DNA of 64,000 nucleotides from positions 66,609 through 130,608 of the forward strand of contig CAZXDT010000002.1 of the NCBI GenBank assembly GCA_964639295.1. The letters are read 5' to 3'. Numbering within the stretch: position 1 is the stretch's first letter; each line of letters starts with the position of its first letter. A model generated the notes under the pieces. It had not been told where the DNA came from. It did not search any database and worked only from the letters and a program-made list of their open reading frames with translations. Below are positions 54,026 through 63,851 of this stretch, piece after piece. Source of the stretch: an uncultured Candidatus Saccharibacteria bacterium. GTDB taxonomy: Bacteria > Patescibacteriota > Saccharimonadia > Saccharimonadales > JALRHH01. The translations under genes and the position numbers were made by a program.

Positions 54026-54052
54026 TTGGCACTCGGGTAGTATGAGTGCTAG
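54026..54052 (+). promoter_or_regulatory. CIRCE operator (HrcA binding site) upstream of groES
   Basis: TTGGCACTC-N9-GAGTGCTAG versus the consensus TTAGCACTC-N9-GAGTGCTAA. It overlaps a candidate promoter: TTGACA 54014-54019, 18 nt, TAGTAT 54038-54043. Confidence 0.85.
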
Positions 54053-54112
54053 AAGGTTGGACGCTATTTGCGAGAAGTGTCGAACCAAAAACAGTCTAAT
54101 TGAGGAGTAGCT

Positions 54113-54376
54113 ATGTCTGTGAACATTAAGCCGCTTGCCGACTATGTGGTCGTCCAGCAGGAACAAGCTGAAACTAAAACTGCCAGTGGTTTGTACCTAC
54201 CAACACAGGCGCAGGAAAAGCCAAAAGTAGCTAAAGTTATAGCGGTTGGCAAGGAAGTTAAGGAAGTTAGAGTAGGCGATAAAGTCGTCTATGGTGGCTA
54301 TAGCAATGTCGAAGTCAAACAAGACGGCAAAGAATATATAGTAATCAAAGAAGAGAACATTTACGCGACAGTTTAA
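54113..54376 (+). CDS. groES: Co-chaperonin GroES
   Basis: 87 aa, IKPLADYVVVQQ...TASGLYLP...VGDKVVY. Confidence 0.95.
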   Translation: MSVNIKPLADYVVVQQEQAETKTASGLYLPTQAQEKPKVAKVIAVGKEVKEVRVGDKVVYGGYSNVEVKQDGKEYIVIKEENIYATV

Positions 54377-54388
54377 AGGGGTTATATA

Positions 54389-56029
54389 ATGGCTAAAAAA
54401 GTATTTTACGATGATGACGCTCGCCGCCGAGTACTAGCAGGCGCAGAGATTCTATACAACGCAGTTAAGACAACTATGGGTCCTAAAGGGCGCAATGTAG
54501 TTATAAGCAAAAGCTACGGCAACCCAACTGTTACGCACGATGGTGTGACCGTTGCTAAGGGTGTAGAAATCGCTGATGTTGATGACGAGACTTTGGGTTA
54601 TAAAGTTGGTGCAGAACTTATTAAGCAAGCCGCAAACAAGATGAACGATGTTGCGGGTGACGGTACAACCACCGTAACCGTACTGACTTACCACATCCTG
54701 AACGAAGCCAACAAGCTCATTGCTGCTGGCCACAACCCAATGTTGCTCCGAAAGGGTCTAGAAACAGCAGCTCACGATGTTATCAAGGAGCTTGGCAAAC
54801 TCGCAGAAGACGTAACTGCTAAAAAGAGCCGTATCGCCGAAGTTGCAACTATTTCTGCAGGTGATGCAGAAATTGGAAACTTGATCGCAGATATCATTCA
54901 CAAAGTCGGCAAGGACGGTGTGGTGACTGTTGAAGAGGGCCAAGGCCTGGATCTTGAGTCAGAGGTTGTAGAGGGCTTTACCTTTGACCGTGGCTTCGTT
55001 AGCCCTTACATGGTCACTGACACAACTCGTATGGAAGCTATTTACGAGAAGCCAGCCATTCTGATTACCGACAAAAAAGTAACTTCTATCCAGGAGTTCC
55101 TGCCTATTCTTGAAAAGCTTGCCCAAAGTGGCAAAAAAGACCTTGTTTTGATTGCCGAGGACGTAGAGGGCGAAGCCATGGGAACGCTCATCCTGAACCG
55201 CCTCAAAGGTGTATTTAACACCGTAGCAATTAAGGCGCCGTCATTCGGTGATCGTCGTAAAGATGTCCTTGGGGACATCGCAACGCTCACTGGAGCAACG
55301 GTTATTTCAGAAGAGCAGGGGTATACGTTCGAAAACGCTGAACTTGAAATGCTTGGTTCTGCTCGCAAAGTGATTGTGACCAAGGACGAAACAACCATCA
55401 TCGAAGGTGCTGGTAACCCGGTTAATGTTGAAACACGCATCAACCAAATCACCGCTCAAGCAAACGCTGCAAGTAGTGAATACGACCGTGAAAACTTAGA
55501 GAAGCGCCGTGCGGCACTTGACGGGAAAGTCGCAGTTATCAAAGTCGGTGGTGCTACCGAAACAGAGATAGAAGAGAAGAAATACCGTGTCGACGACGCC
55601 GTTGCAGCCGTAAAAGCAGCCTTGGACGAAGGAATTGTTTCAGGTGGTGGTGTAACGCTCATTAACCTTGCACAGGGTATCACCGTAAAAGGTAACGATT
55701 CTGCAGCTGCTGGCGCGCAAATCCTTAAGAATTCCCTCGAACAGCCGTTCCGTATCCTGATGGAAAACTCAGGTCTGAATGCCGACGAATGGTTGCCGTT
55801 GGTCAAGAAAGCTAAGGCTGGACAGGGTGTAAACGTTAATGAACCAACAGAATTAGTTGACCTAAAAACTGCCGGTGTAGTTGACCCTGCACGTGTTACC
55901 AAAGAAGCCCTTCAGAATGCCGTTTCTATCGCCGGAACAGCCATGACCATGGGCGCACTCGTTGTAGAAGTCCCCGAACCAAAAGCCCCCGAAGCCCCCG
56001 GAATGGGTGGCATGGGCGGAATGATGTAA
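54389..56029 (+). CDS. groEL: Chaperonin GroEL
   Basis: AGDGTTTVTVL, the GGG block DEGIVSGGG, and the C-terminal GMGGMGGMM tail. Confidence 0.98.
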   Translation: MAKKVFYDDDARRRVLAGAEILYNAVKTTMGPKGRNVVISKSYGNPTVTHDGVTVAKGVEIADVDDETLGYKVGAELIKQAANKMNDVAGDGTTTVTVLTYHILNEANKLIAAGHNPMLLRKGLETAAHDVIKELGKLAEDVTAKKSRIAEVATISAGDAEIGNLIADIIHKVGKDGVVTVEEGQGLDLESEVVEGFTFDRGFVSPYMVTDTTRMEAIYEKPAILITDKKVTSIQEFLPILEKLAQSGKKDLVLIAEDVEGEAMGTLILNRLKGVFNTVAIKAPSFGDRRKDVLGDIATLTGATVISEEQGYTFENAELEMLGSARKVIVTKDETTIIEGAGNPVNVETRINQITAQANAASSEYDRENLEKRRAALDGKVAVIKVGGATETEIEEKKYRVDDAVAAVKAALDEGIVSGGGVTLINLAQGITVKGNDSAAAGAQILKNSLEQPFRILMENSGLNADEWLPLVKKAKAGQGVNVNEPTELVDLKTAGVVDPARVTKEALQNAVSIAGTAMTMGALVVEVPEPKAPEAPGMGGMGGMM

Positions 56030-56046
56030 GCTAGGCTTACTTCGAT

Positions 56047-56076
56047 AAAAAAACGACCGTAACAGGTCGTTTTTTA
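56047..56076 (+). terminator. Intrinsic terminator of groESL
   Basis: AAAAAACGACC-GTAACA-GGTCGTTTTTTATT. Confidence 0.8.
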
Positions 56077-56167
56077 TTGCCCTGTAAGCACTAGCGGGAA
56101 TGAGTGAATTATTGCAAAAAAGGTATTTTGGGTGTATTGTAGGTTTAATCTAAGGAGTTAGGACTAC

Positions 56168-56617
56168 ATGGCCTTTTTTAAGCGCAAGAAGCAAAATACT
56201 GATGTACTACCAGCAGAAGTACGTGAATACTACCAAAGCGAACGCCGCGAACGTGCAGGTGTTGCGTGGTTGCTCGCACTTGGTACATTGCTACTAACTT
56301 TTGTAATTGCTGCAGCATTGTTCTTCGGTGGCCGATGGCTCTACAACACTATCTTTAACAACGACAACAATGATTCCGACACCAAGCAGACTACATCACA
56401 AGATAGTAGCTTGCGTGTTGATGAAAACGGTAATGTTACGGGCGGCAACAACCAAAATGCTACAAACGGCAGTACTGGTACCAGCAGCACAAGTACAAAC
56501 ACACCCAGTGCTCCAGCTACCACTCCTAATACGGCTACAACCCCTACAACTACACCGAACACCGGTGATCTAACACCCGCATCTCTCGTAGATACTGGTC
56601 CTGGCGACGAAGAATAG
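56168..56617 (+). CDS. Membrane-anchored low-complexity (N/T/S-rich) protein
   Basis: One TM helix VAWLLALGTLLLTFVIAAALFF, then a T/N/S/P-rich tail. Confidence 0.5.
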   Translation: MAFFKRKKQNTDVLPAEVREYYQSERRERAGVAWLLALGTLLLTFVIAAALFFGGRWLYNTIFNNDNNDSDTKQTTSQDSSLRVDENGNVTGGNNQNATNGSTGTSSTSTNTPSAPATTPNTATTPTTTPNTGDLTPASLVDTGPGDEE

Positions 56618-56817
56618 TCCTCGTAACCCTCCTAAGATAATTATCATAAGAGAAATGTGACCTAGCTCACAGATAGGTCTGTTTTTAGTTGGTATACTCT
56701 AAGGCATAACACGCGGAGGTATTGGCAACTAACAGAGTATTTGGAGTAGATGGGGGTCTTACGAATACTACGCCTAAACCCAGTAACATAACTAACCTAA
56801 GAAAGTAGGGAGGGGAA

Positions 56818-57195
56818 ATGGGTCCACAAATAACAAGGCAAGATGTACAAAATATCGTTGATGTTGCGCGCAATCGCATAGAACAACGAACAGTTGCCAA
56901 GCAGGATATTATTAACCTGACTGACTCACTACGCCAACTCATTGGCCTGCATCAGCAGAGCCAACAAATGATCAAGCAAAGCGAGTACCAGCGTTTACAG
57001 CTGACTCGACGATCAACAGCACTTGAAGCACGTATGTCATCTCTTGAGAATGAAATTCGTTCATTAACGGCAGCCACGAATCGTATGGCTGGCCAGAAAC
57101 AGCAGCCAATCATTGTGCCAGCTCCTATATTGCAGACACAGGATACTACTGAGCCAGGGATGGCCCGGCAATACGGCTATTCCACTTCTTCCTAA
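56818..57195 (+). CDS. Hypothetical coiled-coil protein
   Basis: Strong SD (GGGAGGGG). Q/L/R-rich heptad-like sequence. Confidence 0.45.
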   Translation: MGPQITRQDVQNIVDVARNRIEQRTVAKQDIINLTDSLRQLIGLHQQSQQMIKQSEYQRLQLTRRSTALEARMSSLENEIRSLTAATNRMAGQKQQPIIVPAPILQTQDTTEPGMARQYGYSTSS

Positions 57196-57355
57196 GTCTC
57201 GCACTTGAGTTCCAGATTCAATTTCTCCTTGAGAAACAGACCGAGCCATACAGATGGTATGGTGACGGGAGTATCGCAAAGGAAAATTGGATATGGAACC
57301 AAGAAACCAGCAGAGTTTGTGGCTCTGCTACAAAGTCAGGTGGGTGGTGCGTGGC

Positions 57356-57832
57356 TTAGGATTGGTGTTGCTGAGTGAAGTAGTTGATCTCGTTCACAAC
57401 ATCTAGGAGCGCTTGGGCACGGGCCTTCTCGTCGGTGATCTGCTTAGCAGATTCGTATGCGCTCTTAATGAGACTGTGATCATCAGTCGCCTGGATCATC
57501 ATCATTGTTGTGCGGAACTTTTCTTCTGCAGTTTGTTCAAGGTGGCCTACGAGAGGGGTTAGTTCCTGTAATGCGTCCTGTTTGATGCCGAGTAAGTCAT
57601 CTGATGCGCCTGTAGCTGCTATGTGGTCAGCTATCTCTGGCGTGCTGAGGTCTTGTACGGGCGCAGTTGGTGCGGAACTGTCTTGAGGATGTGAATCGTC
57701 ACCAATTGGACCAATCGGGGCGCCTGGTGCCGGAGCTGGCGCGTCTGTAGAACTAGCGTCGTTAGTCGCCTGCCCAAAGATGTTGTTATAGTCTTGCTGC
57801 TGATTGTCGTCGTTCTGGCCGAACATTCCCAC
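57356..57832 (-). CDS. Hypothetical acidic protein
   Basis: Disordered D/Q/P/A-rich N-half and a helical C-half. Confidence 0.5.
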   Translation of the reverse strand: MGMFGQNDDNQQQDYNNIFGQATNDASSTDAPAPAPGAPIGPIGDDSHPQDSSAPTAPVQDLSTPEIADHIAATGASDDLLGIKQDALQELTPLVGHLEQTAEEKFRTTMMMIQATDDHSLIKSAYESAKQITDEKARAQALLDVVNEINYFTQQHQS

Positions 57833-57896
57833 CCCCTATTACTTTCGTATATACTATACGAGACAGTATAACCATAAACACCTCGGGAGAAAAGCC

Positions 57897-58931
57897 TTGC
57901 TTGATGATTTGAAATATATCCATGACCGTGACGCAAGTGACGCACTCGGCATTGCTGAGAAACAAGCTGCTCAGTTGGTTCAAACATTCGAATTTACGGG
58001 TAATCAAACATTTTCAAACATTCAGAATGTTGTATATGCGGGAATGGGTGGCTCTGCCTTGGCAGCGCTACTTATCCATACGTGGCCAAAGCTGAACTTA
58101 CCGTTTGAAGTGGTTCGTGACTATGACTTACCGGCCTATGTTGGCTCTAATACACTAGTCATTGTAGCCAGTTATTCAGGTAACACGGAAGAAACACTGA
58201 GTGCCCTCGAACAGGCTGAGTCAAAAGGTGCCCAGATTGCAGTAATTGCTGGCGGGGGTAGGTTACAAGAAGCTGCCCAGACAAAGAATTACTTGCTTGG
58301 CGTTCTGCCAAAGGTGGTCCAGCCACGCTATGCAGTACTTTCTAACTTCAAGTTACTTCTTGATATTCTTGCTACTGCTGGTGTTCTGACAGATGATGTT
58401 GGCCCGGAATTACGTCAGGCCTCAGAGTTCCTTAATACTGCCGTTGCTGCTTGGATTCCTACGGTGCAAACCAGCCAGAACAAGGCAAAACAAATTGCAC
58501 TCGAAGCCATCGGTAAGTCAATTGTTGTCTATGGGGGACCAAAATTATTCCCAGCAGCCTATAAATGGAAGATCAGCTTTAACGAAAATGCCAAACAAGT
58601 TGCATGGACGGGGCAGTACCCCGAGTTTAATCACAATGAATTTATCGGTTGGAGCAAGCAGCCAGTCGATAAACCATACCTTGTCGTTGATTTGAGGAGC
58701 AACTTGGAACACGAACGTGTTCAGAAACGATTCGAAGTTAGCGAACGATTACTATCGGGTATGCGTCCGAGTCCAGAGATCGTCAACGTTGAGGGTAGCA
58801 CTGTTCTCGAGCAGTTGCTTTGGGTGATTGCTCTGGGTGATTTTGTATCGCTGTACACTGGTATTGCAAATGGACTCAACCCAGCACCCGTAGATTTAGT
58901 AGAAAAGTTTAAACAGGAACTAAGTAATTAA
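57897..58931 (+). CDS. Bifunctional phosphoglucose/phosphomannose isomerase (SIS domain)
   Basis: SIS motifs VVYAGMGGSALAA and ASYSGNTEETL. The start is moved to TTG 57897 (SD GGGAGA) to avoid overlap with the divergent gene. Confidence 0.75.
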   Translation: MLDDLKYIHDRDASDALGIAEKQAAQLVQTFEFTGNQTFSNIQNVVYAGMGGSALAALLIHTWPKLNLPFEVVRDYDLPAYVGSNTLVIVASYSGNTEETLSALEQAESKGAQIAVIAGGGRLQEAAQTKNYLLGVLPKVVQPRYAVLSNFKLLLDILATAGVLTDDVGPELRQASEFLNTAVAAWIPTVQTSQNKAKQIALEAIGKSIVVYGGPKLFPAAYKWKISFNENAKQVAWTGQYPEFNHNEFIGWSKQPVDKPYLVVDLRSNLEHERVQKRFEVSERLLSGMRPSPEIVNVEGSTVLEQLLWVIALGDFVSLYTGIANGLNPAPVDLVEKFKQELSN

Positions 58932-59374
58932 TGTCAGATTCACAAGCACCAACCTTTGACCCAAGCGGGTTTACCAACGACGAATATCTTAAAAAAGTTG
59001 ATAAACCATGGGGCTACGAACTCCACTGGGTCCCCGAAGGCCTGCCATATATGGGTAAAGTATTACACCTTGATGAAGGCAAACGCCTGAGCATGCAGGT
59101 GCATGACGAAAAACAAGAAGCCTACTTTCTAATCAAGGGCCGAGCTAAAATTATTTGGGATAATGATAAGGGCGAACTGATTGAAACCGAACTCAAACCA
59201 TTTACTGGCTATCGCACGCTTGTAGGGCAGCGACACCGTCTTTGCGGTATCACTGACTGCGACATAGTTGAATCTTCAACCCCTGAGAGTGGGACTACTT
59301 ATCGCCTTGATGATGACTTCGCCCGTCCAGACGAAACACCCGAACAACGCAAAAAAGAACGCGGCGAGATCTAA
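58931..59374 (+). CDS. Cupin-domain protein, mannose-6-phosphate isomerase type II-like
   Basis: KPWGYELHW...GKVLHLDEGKRLSMQVHDEKQEAYFLIKG (cupin motif 1 with the conserved His). Confidence 0.65.
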   Translation: MSDSQAPTFDPSGFTNDEYLKKVDKPWGYELHWVPEGLPYMGKVLHLDEGKRLSMQVHDEKQEAYFLIKGRAKIIWDNDKGELIETELKPFTGYRTLVGQRHRLCGITDCDIVESSTPESGTTYRLDDDFARPDETPEQRKKERGEI

Positions 59375-59376
59375 TA

Positions 59377-60117
59377 ATGGTCACCCAGGATGTGTCTCAA
59401 CTCGGAACAATACTGGGGATTTGGGCGCATCCTGACGACGAGTCGTTTATGGTCGGCGGCATTTTAAGCATGGCTGCAGCCAACGGCCAGGAAATTGTTT
59501 GTGTAACACTTACAAAAGGTGAAGCAGGGGTCCAAGATGAGTCCAAGTGGCCAGCGGCAACACTTGGTCAGACACGTGAGGCTGAACTTAATAATGCACT
59601 CGATATTTTAGGTATAAAGAACCTGCACCTTTTTGATTATGGGGATGGCAAGTGCACCGATGTTTCTGAGGCAGAAGTTCTACCAAAGATTGTCGAGCTC
59701 ATTAATCAGTACCAACCTGACACAATTATTACGTTCCCACCAGATGGCGTAACTGGGCACTCTGACCACCAGGCAGTATCACGTTGGGCTCAGAAGGCTG
59801 CGGCCACTGCAGAGAAAGAAGCACAAGTGTATTTTGCGGTGCAGACCCAAGAAGCTTATGACTCATTCCTGAAAGTCATGGATGAAAAATTCAACATATA
59901 CTTTGCGACCGATAACCCAATTTTTGTGCCAGAAGCTGAATGCGATGTATTAGTGAAACTTGAGATCCCTGTTGCTGAACGCAAAATGCATGCGCTGAAG
60001 GCTCAGGAGTCACAGTTCACTGCAATGTTTGAATTTCTCGGTGATAAAGGCGTAGAATTTGCACTTGGTGTAGAGGGCCTCGTTAAGGCCGAAAACGACC
60101 ACTTCTGGCCTAAATAG
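59377..60117 (+). CDS. PIG-L/LmbE-family N-acetylglucosaminyl deacetylase
   Basis: AHPDDESF and TGHSDHQAV zinc-binding motifs. Confidence 0.85.
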   Translation: MVTQDVSQLGTILGIWAHPDDESFMVGGILSMAAANGQEIVCVTLTKGEAGVQDESKWPAATLGQTREAELNNALDILGIKNLHLFDYGDGKCTDVSEAEVLPKIVELINQYQPDTIITFPPDGVTGHSDHQAVSRWAQKAAATAEKEAQVYFAVQTQEAYDSFLKVMDEKFNIYFATDNPIFVPEAECDVLVKLEIPVAERKMHALKAQESQFTAMFEFLGDKGVEFALGVEGLVKAENDHFWPK

Positions 60118-60637
60118 GTTTGTCCTTGAGGCCCAGTTTATAGCCTACATATGCGCTCAATAAATGTAGGCCAAAGAACCAGCCAAAAATCCACAGTACC
60201 AATGATAGTGACAATGTCTCAAACGGCAAGATAAATAACAGTCCACCAATAATGTAATCTGTTTGATCAAAAGGAAACCAGGGCTCGCCTGAAGGAACGC
60301 CACGTTGTCGCTTGAAGAAGCTCTCTACGGCATCGCCAATCAAGGCGCCTGCACTCATTGCTGCAGCAACCAGTAAGTAATGTCCGAGTGGATCATCTGG
60401 GAAAAACCACATGTGCATTAGCCAGCCAACAAACGTTCCAAATATAATGCCGCTGAACAACCCACGCCAAGATTTATTCTTGCCAAAAATTCGTTGGCCA
60501 CGGTAACTATGACCAAAATCTAGCGGAGTTTTAAATCGTGTGATAAAGGGCAGCTTGTTTGCCAGAACTGGCGCCATGTTAGATGCGCCAGCTGGTAGGA
60601 AAAAGAAGAGCGCAACCAAAAATTCCGGTAAATTCAC
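60110..60637 (-). CDS. CDP-archaeol synthase (CarS/DUF46)-family membrane protein
   Basis: LPAGASNMAPVLA, GKNKSWRG, GDAVESFFKRQRG and PFDQTDY match the CarS-family pattern as I recall it. Confidence 0.65.
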   Translation of the reverse strand: MNLPEFLVALFFFLPAGASNMAPVLANKLPFITRFKTPLDFGHSYRGQRIFGKNKSWRGLFSGIIFGTFVGWLMHMWFFPDDPLGHYLLVAAAMSAGALIGDAVESFFKRQRGVPSGEPWFPFDQTDYIIGGLLFILPFETLSLSLVLWIFGWFFGLHLLSAYVGYKLGLKDKPI

Positions 60638-61290
60638 TAGTTCTGGCCCTTAATTCGTTTACGTATACGGTGGTACTTAGGGTAGAGCAGGGCGCGAACC
60701 GTTGGATTCTTTGTGCGGAGTACTGAGCGGTCAAGAATCTGCAGTAGATTGTCCCTCGTTGGCATTTCTGGTAGGTCGCTATACGTTCGACCGAGTCCTC
60801 GGTAACCATGCGCATCACTGCTTGCAGCGCTATCTTTTTGGTTAAGTCTTGCCCAGACGACTGCTTGTGCACTGCGGTTTTGTAAGAATGCGCGACCATT
60901 GCAAACTTCGATGATATCTACAAAGTCAGCAATACTTTCCAGCGTGTGGGGATCAATACCTTTACGGAATGTCTCAAAAGGGTGTGGAATGTAGACAACC
61001 CCGCCTTGGTTTTTGATGTGCTTAATGGTGTCGAGAGGGCTCAGACCGGCTGGTACAAGATCGGTCAGGTAGAGCCCAACTATTTCACCGTGGGTTGTCA
61101 TAATTTCTTCACCGACGATAATTTGATCACCAAGCTCACGGTGTAAATCAAGCGCCACAGTGATCGCGTTATGATCCGTTATGGCAATTGCACTGAGCAT
61201 CCCACTAGAAAGAGCTTTCCGATATTGTTCAGGAGTAATCCCTCCATCTGGTGAGGCACTCGAGTGGGTATGCAGGTCAACCTTGTACAT
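60637..61290 (-). CDS. PHP-domain metal-dependent phosphoesterase
   Basis: VDLHTHSSASPDG N-terminal PHP motif, ITDHN, SDAHG. Confidence 0.8.
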   Translation of the reverse strand: MYKVDLHTHSSASPDGGITPEQYRKALSSGMLSAIAITDHNAITVALDLHRELGDQIIVGEEIMTTHGEIVGLYLTDLVPAGLSPLDTIKHIKNQGGVVYIPHPFETFRKGIDPHTLESIADFVDIIEVCNGRAFLQNRSAQAVVWARLNQKDSAASSDAHGYRGLGRTYSDLPEMPTRDNLLQILDRSVLRTKNPTVRALLYPKYHRIRKRIKGQN

Positions 61291-61338
61291 TAGTGACTAT
61301 TATAGCCTATTACCCCTTATAGGAGGTATACTGTACGT

Positions 61339-62100
61339 ATGAAAACTCCGAGACCGCTGAGGTGGTGGTCCTCTCAGCTCCGCTGGGCAGTCCGGTTTGT
61401 GAGCACACAAGCCGCATTCGGTGCTCTTACGGTGCACACGCATCGATACAGAAAACTTATTTACGCACTGTTACTTACAAATGCAGTCAGCGTGTTCTTG
61501 TTTGGGCTACGATTACTTGGAGCTGAGAACATACGGTACTGGTTCATGCTTTGGAATCTGGTTTTGGCCTGGATTGCACCGTTTATTGCCTGGCAATTAG
61601 CTCGCAGATTACAAAAAACGAGCTGGCGCACCTGGCAGAATGTAGCTCTGACCATCATTTGGCTCGGGTTTCTACCCAATAGTTTTTACATGGTGAGTGA
61701 TCTTATCCATGTGCAGCAAACAGGAGAAGTGAGCATTATCTTTGACGCGGTGATGTTTACCTCGTTTATTTTTAACGGCTTTATCGCAGGTTTCTTGGGT
61801 GTAATGTTGCTGCACCGCGAACTGATCAAGCGTGTTCGTAAACTATATAGCTTCCTTGTGATAACAGGTGTGTTTGCTGTGTGCGGTTATGCAATATATT
61901 TGGGCCGAGTTTTACGTTGGAATACCTGGGATGCGCTACTTCATCCATCTGGATTATTGTTCGATGTTTCGGATAATATTTTGCATCCACTTTCACACCC
62001 GCAATCATTTGTTGTGACACTTTCTTTTACACTCCTGATTAGCAGTTTTTATGTTTTGGTCTGGGAATTCTTGCAAGTTCTACGGTCTAACAGAGGTTAA
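61339..62100 (+). CDS. DUF1361-family membrane protein
   Basis: WNLVLAWIAPFIAW and WLGFLPNSFYMVSDLIHV resemble DUF1361 conserved blocks. Confidence 0.6.
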   Translation: MKTPRPLRWWSSQLRWAVRFVSTQAAFGALTVHTHRYRKLIYALLLTNAVSVFLFGLRLLGAENIRYWFMLWNLVLAWIAPFIAWQLARRLQKTSWRTWQNVALTIIWLGFLPNSFYMVSDLIHVQQTGEVSIIFDAVMFTSFIFNGFIAGFLGVMLLHRELIKRVRKLYSFLVITGVFAVCGYAIYLGRVLRWNTWDALLHPSGLLFDVSDNILHPLSHPQSFVVTLSFTLLISSFYVLVWEFLQVLRSNRG

Positions 62101-62120
62101 TCTGGTATACTTTCTCTAAT

Positions 62121-63812
62121 ATGCAAGAGATTTCTAATGCTATTCAGGCGGTGTGCAAAGAATTGTTCGATGTGGATGCGGACATTGTACTCACACGGCC
62201 TGATGAACAATTTGGTGATTACGCTACCAATATCGCCTTGCAACTGAGCAAGCAATTAGGCAAAAACCCGCGAGAAATTGCCGAAGCCATTGCCGCTAAA
62301 CTTAGTGAAAAATCCTCAGAAATAATCGCTGACATTTCTGTTGCCGGCCCTGGATTCCTAAACATCCATCTGACAGACAAAGCTTTGTTAAGTGCCCTGG
62401 ACCAAGAACAGGTTAAAAGCTTAGCAGGCAAGACAATAGTTGCGGAGTATTCTGATCCAAACCCTTTCAAGGTGCTGCACGCGGGTCATCTATACACAAC
62501 TATCGTGGGTAATGCTGTGGCTAATTTGCTGCAGAACGCTGGTGCTAAGGTTGTGCGCATAAACTTCGGTGGTGATGTTGGACTACATGTAGGCAAAACT
62601 ATGTGGGCAATCCGCAAAGAGCTTGGTGGATGGGATCTAGCCAAACTAGAACATTCTATTGAGGCACAAGACAATGACTTAAGGGCTGGCTGGCTTAGCA
62701 AGCGCTACATTGAAGGTACCAATGCTTACGAAGATGACGAGGAAGCAAAATCAGAGATTATCTCTATAAACGAAGCTGTCTACGAACTCTACGGCAAGCA
62801 TGACTTTAGCTCAGACTTTGGTAAGTTGTACCAACTCTGCCGTCAGTGGAGCTACGACTACTTCAAGTATTTCTACGATGAAATTAACGTAACACCCTTT
62901 GATAGATACTTGCCAGAGAGTGAGACGGCACCAGTTGGCCTTAAGGTTGTCAAAGAACAACTTGCCAAGGGTGTGTATACCGAAAGTGACGGAGCTATAG
63001 TATTCGACGGTGAGAAGCACGGCCTTCACACAAGAGTCTTTATAAATTCAAAAGGTTTACCAACATACGAGGCAAAAGACGTGGGGCTTCTGATGGTCAA
63101 GTGGGCGGACTATGCATTTGATCAATCTGTCATTATCACTGGTAACGATATTGTTGAATATATGAAAGTTGTACTCAAAAGCATAGAACAGTTCGAGCCC
63201 GAACCAGCCAAACGTACTAGGCATATTACACACGGCCAGGTGAAACTTGCTGGTGGTGTAAAAATGAGCAGCCGAAAGGGCAACATCCTGGGTGCTCTAG
63301 AAATTATTGAGGCAGCAGCTGTAGCCTCCAAGGAATATGCAGAAGCTGCAGGCAATGTGTACGACAAGACAAGGGTCCACGATGCTTTCAAATACGCCTT
63401 CCTCAAGAATCGCGTCGGTGGTGATGTCATTTATGACCCCAAAGAATCTGTAGCAATCGAAGGCAACAGTGGTCCGTACCTCCAGTATGCGCATGCACGG
63501 GCACGTAGTATTTTGGCAAAAGTTGAACAAAGTAGTGTACAGCTATCTGATCTGGAAGCAGGGGAGCGTTCGCTTGTACGTAAACTGACCGAATACCAAG
63601 ATGTCGTCGCCAAAGCAACCGAAGAACTCATGCCACACCTCGTCTGTACCTACTTATATGAACTTGCACAGACCTTTAACCGGTTCTATGAACAAAATCG
63701 TGTATTAGGTGATCCACGTCAAGCTGAGCGCCTAACTCTCGTGAACAAATATGCAGATACGCTGAAGAACGGCCTGACTCTCCTCGGCATCCAAGCACCC
63801 GATCGAATGTAG
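62121..63812 (+). CDS. argS: Arginine--tRNA ligase
   Basis: HIGH-type VLHAGHLYT, KMSK-type MSSRKGN, and a C-terminal anticodon-binding DALR-like domain. Confidence 0.95.
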   Translation: MQEISNAIQAVCKELFDVDADIVLTRPDEQFGDYATNIALQLSKQLGKNPREIAEAIAAKLSEKSSEIIADISVAGPGFLNIHLTDKALLSALDQEQVKSLAGKTIVAEYSDPNPFKVLHAGHLYTTIVGNAVANLLQNAGAKVVRINFGGDVGLHVGKTMWAIRKELGGWDLAKLEHSIEAQDNDLRAGWLSKRYIEGTNAYEDDEEAKSEIISINEAVYELYGKHDFSSDFGKLYQLCRQWSYDYFKYFYDEINVTPFDRYLPESETAPVGLKVVKEQLAKGVYTESDGAIVFDGEKHGLHTRVFINSKGLPTYEAKDVGLLMVKWADYAFDQSVIITGNDIVEYMKVVLKSIEQFEPEPAKRTRHITHGQVKLAGGVKMSSRKGNILGALEIIEAAAVASKEYAEAAGNVYDKTRVHDAFKYAFLKNRVGGDVIYDPKESVAIEGNSGPYLQYAHARARSILAKVEQSSVQLSDLEAGERSLVRKLTEYQDVVAKATEELMPHLVCTYLYELAQTFNRFYEQNRVLGDPRQAERLTLVNKYADTLKNGLTLLGIQAPDRM

Positions 63813-63851
63813 CTCTCCTCAAAAAGTGAATTGTGTGTAAGAATAAGCGTA

